Shown in pieces: positions 32,604-33,364 of a DNA stretch of 33,364 nucleotides. The stretch is from contig NC_068981.1 in the NCBI RefSeq assembly GCF_001194135.2, positions 103,872,640 through 103,906,003 on the forward strand, written 5' to 3'. A program made the position numbers and the translations under genes. Each line of letters begins with the position of its first letter. Within the stretch, counting starts at the first letter, position 1. A model generated the notes under the pieces. The model was not told the origin of the DNA and did not search any database. It saw only the letters and a program-made list of their open reading frames with translations. The DNA is from Octopus bimaculoides. Lineage: Eukaryota.

Positions 32604-32816
32604 CCCTTTAGCATTCAGATTACTCTGTCAAATGTAATGTTTATTTAGTCACATTATTTTCAGTTAATCATGCATTGTTTTGTAGTTTCAAGATTTTGAT
32701 GATGTGATTGTTTATATTTAGAATGGCATTGCAGAATGTATGAGAGGCCAGATCTGGCTGTTTTGAACAAATGAAAAACATTTTAGCTGGATCTGGCCAG
32801 TTTAGATGCTAAAAGG
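32604..32816. mobile_element. piggyBac-type MITE, same family as 10824-11042
   Basis: ccctttagcattcagattactctgtcaaatgtaatg...gatgctaaaagg; the TTAA flanks are degraded. Confidence 0.8.
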
Positions 32817-32871
32817 TTTTTAGTGGTGCCTCAGTATATCCACATCCCACTGGTTGAAATTAGTAAAATAA

Positions 32872-32872
32872 A

Positions 32873-32910
<38 letters not shown>
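32872..32910. repeat. (TA)n microsatellite
   Basis: Direct inspection. Confidence 0.95.
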
Positions 32911-32914
<4 letters not shown>

Positions 32915-32959
32915 ATAAAGAGAGCAATGGTAAAGTTGGAAATATATTTTATGGATAGA

Positions 32960-33008
32960 GTCTTACAGCTGTCTCTGGGAAGATCCAGTACTTCCCTTCA
33001 TCGGAGAC
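32960..33008 (-). ncRNA. Degenerate minimal hammerhead related to foldback 1
   Basis: Minus strand reads GUCU-CCGAUGA-A-GGGAAG(uacuggau)CUUCCC-A-GAGA-CAGCU-GUA/AGAC. It has the same stem I and stem III as 20429-20477, a different but perfect stem II, and two core substitutions. Confidence 0.65.
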
Positions 33009-33364
33009 AGAAATAGTAAAGGAATCAATTATTATATCCATAGGCGGAGAGTTATAGTATGAAGTGAGAGTGAGTGTGATGCACTGAAAAAAGAAAGAAA
33101 GAGAGACCAGTACTTGGAGTGTAGTTTCATTCCAGTAGTAAGTATCCGTATAAAGTAATCCTTGTGGGAATTTTCCGGAAATAGTTGCTGCAGCAAATGC
33201 TGAAATAGAAGAGGTGGATATATGCCATATTGTGTCCGAGGTATATTGCTTGTGTTTACTTGAAGGATGTCAAGACTGGGGCAAAACTAGTCGGTATACA
33301 GCACTTACTCGGTATTACCTGTATCTTTTTGGGTTTGGTTAAATCCAATACCCTCCTCAACCTT

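Overview
AT-rich, repeat-saturated eukaryotic genomic DNA with four assembly gaps, each flanked by (TA)n. The repeat complement suggests a coleoid cephalopod, most likely Octopus (inference). No intact host gene could be supported; the listed ORFs come from microsatellites, N runs or decayed transposons. The window holds at least five tRNA-headed SINE types, 3' ends of RTE- and CR1-type LINEs, a decayed Penelope-like element (PLE) RT region interrupted by SINEs and a MITE, a separate GIY-YIG fragment, a mariner built from two inverted 5' halves, and piggyBac- and hAT-type MITEs. The main unexplained signal is nine type I hammerhead ribozyme motifs, five with intact catalytic cores. Four lie in two adjacent long foldback elements (20108-21293). 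Two lie in a retrozyme-like tandem dimer (3247-3875). One is in the tail of a tRNA-derived SINE (28135-28178), and two more are degenerate (2302-2345, 32960-33008). All coordinates and alignments were done by eye.
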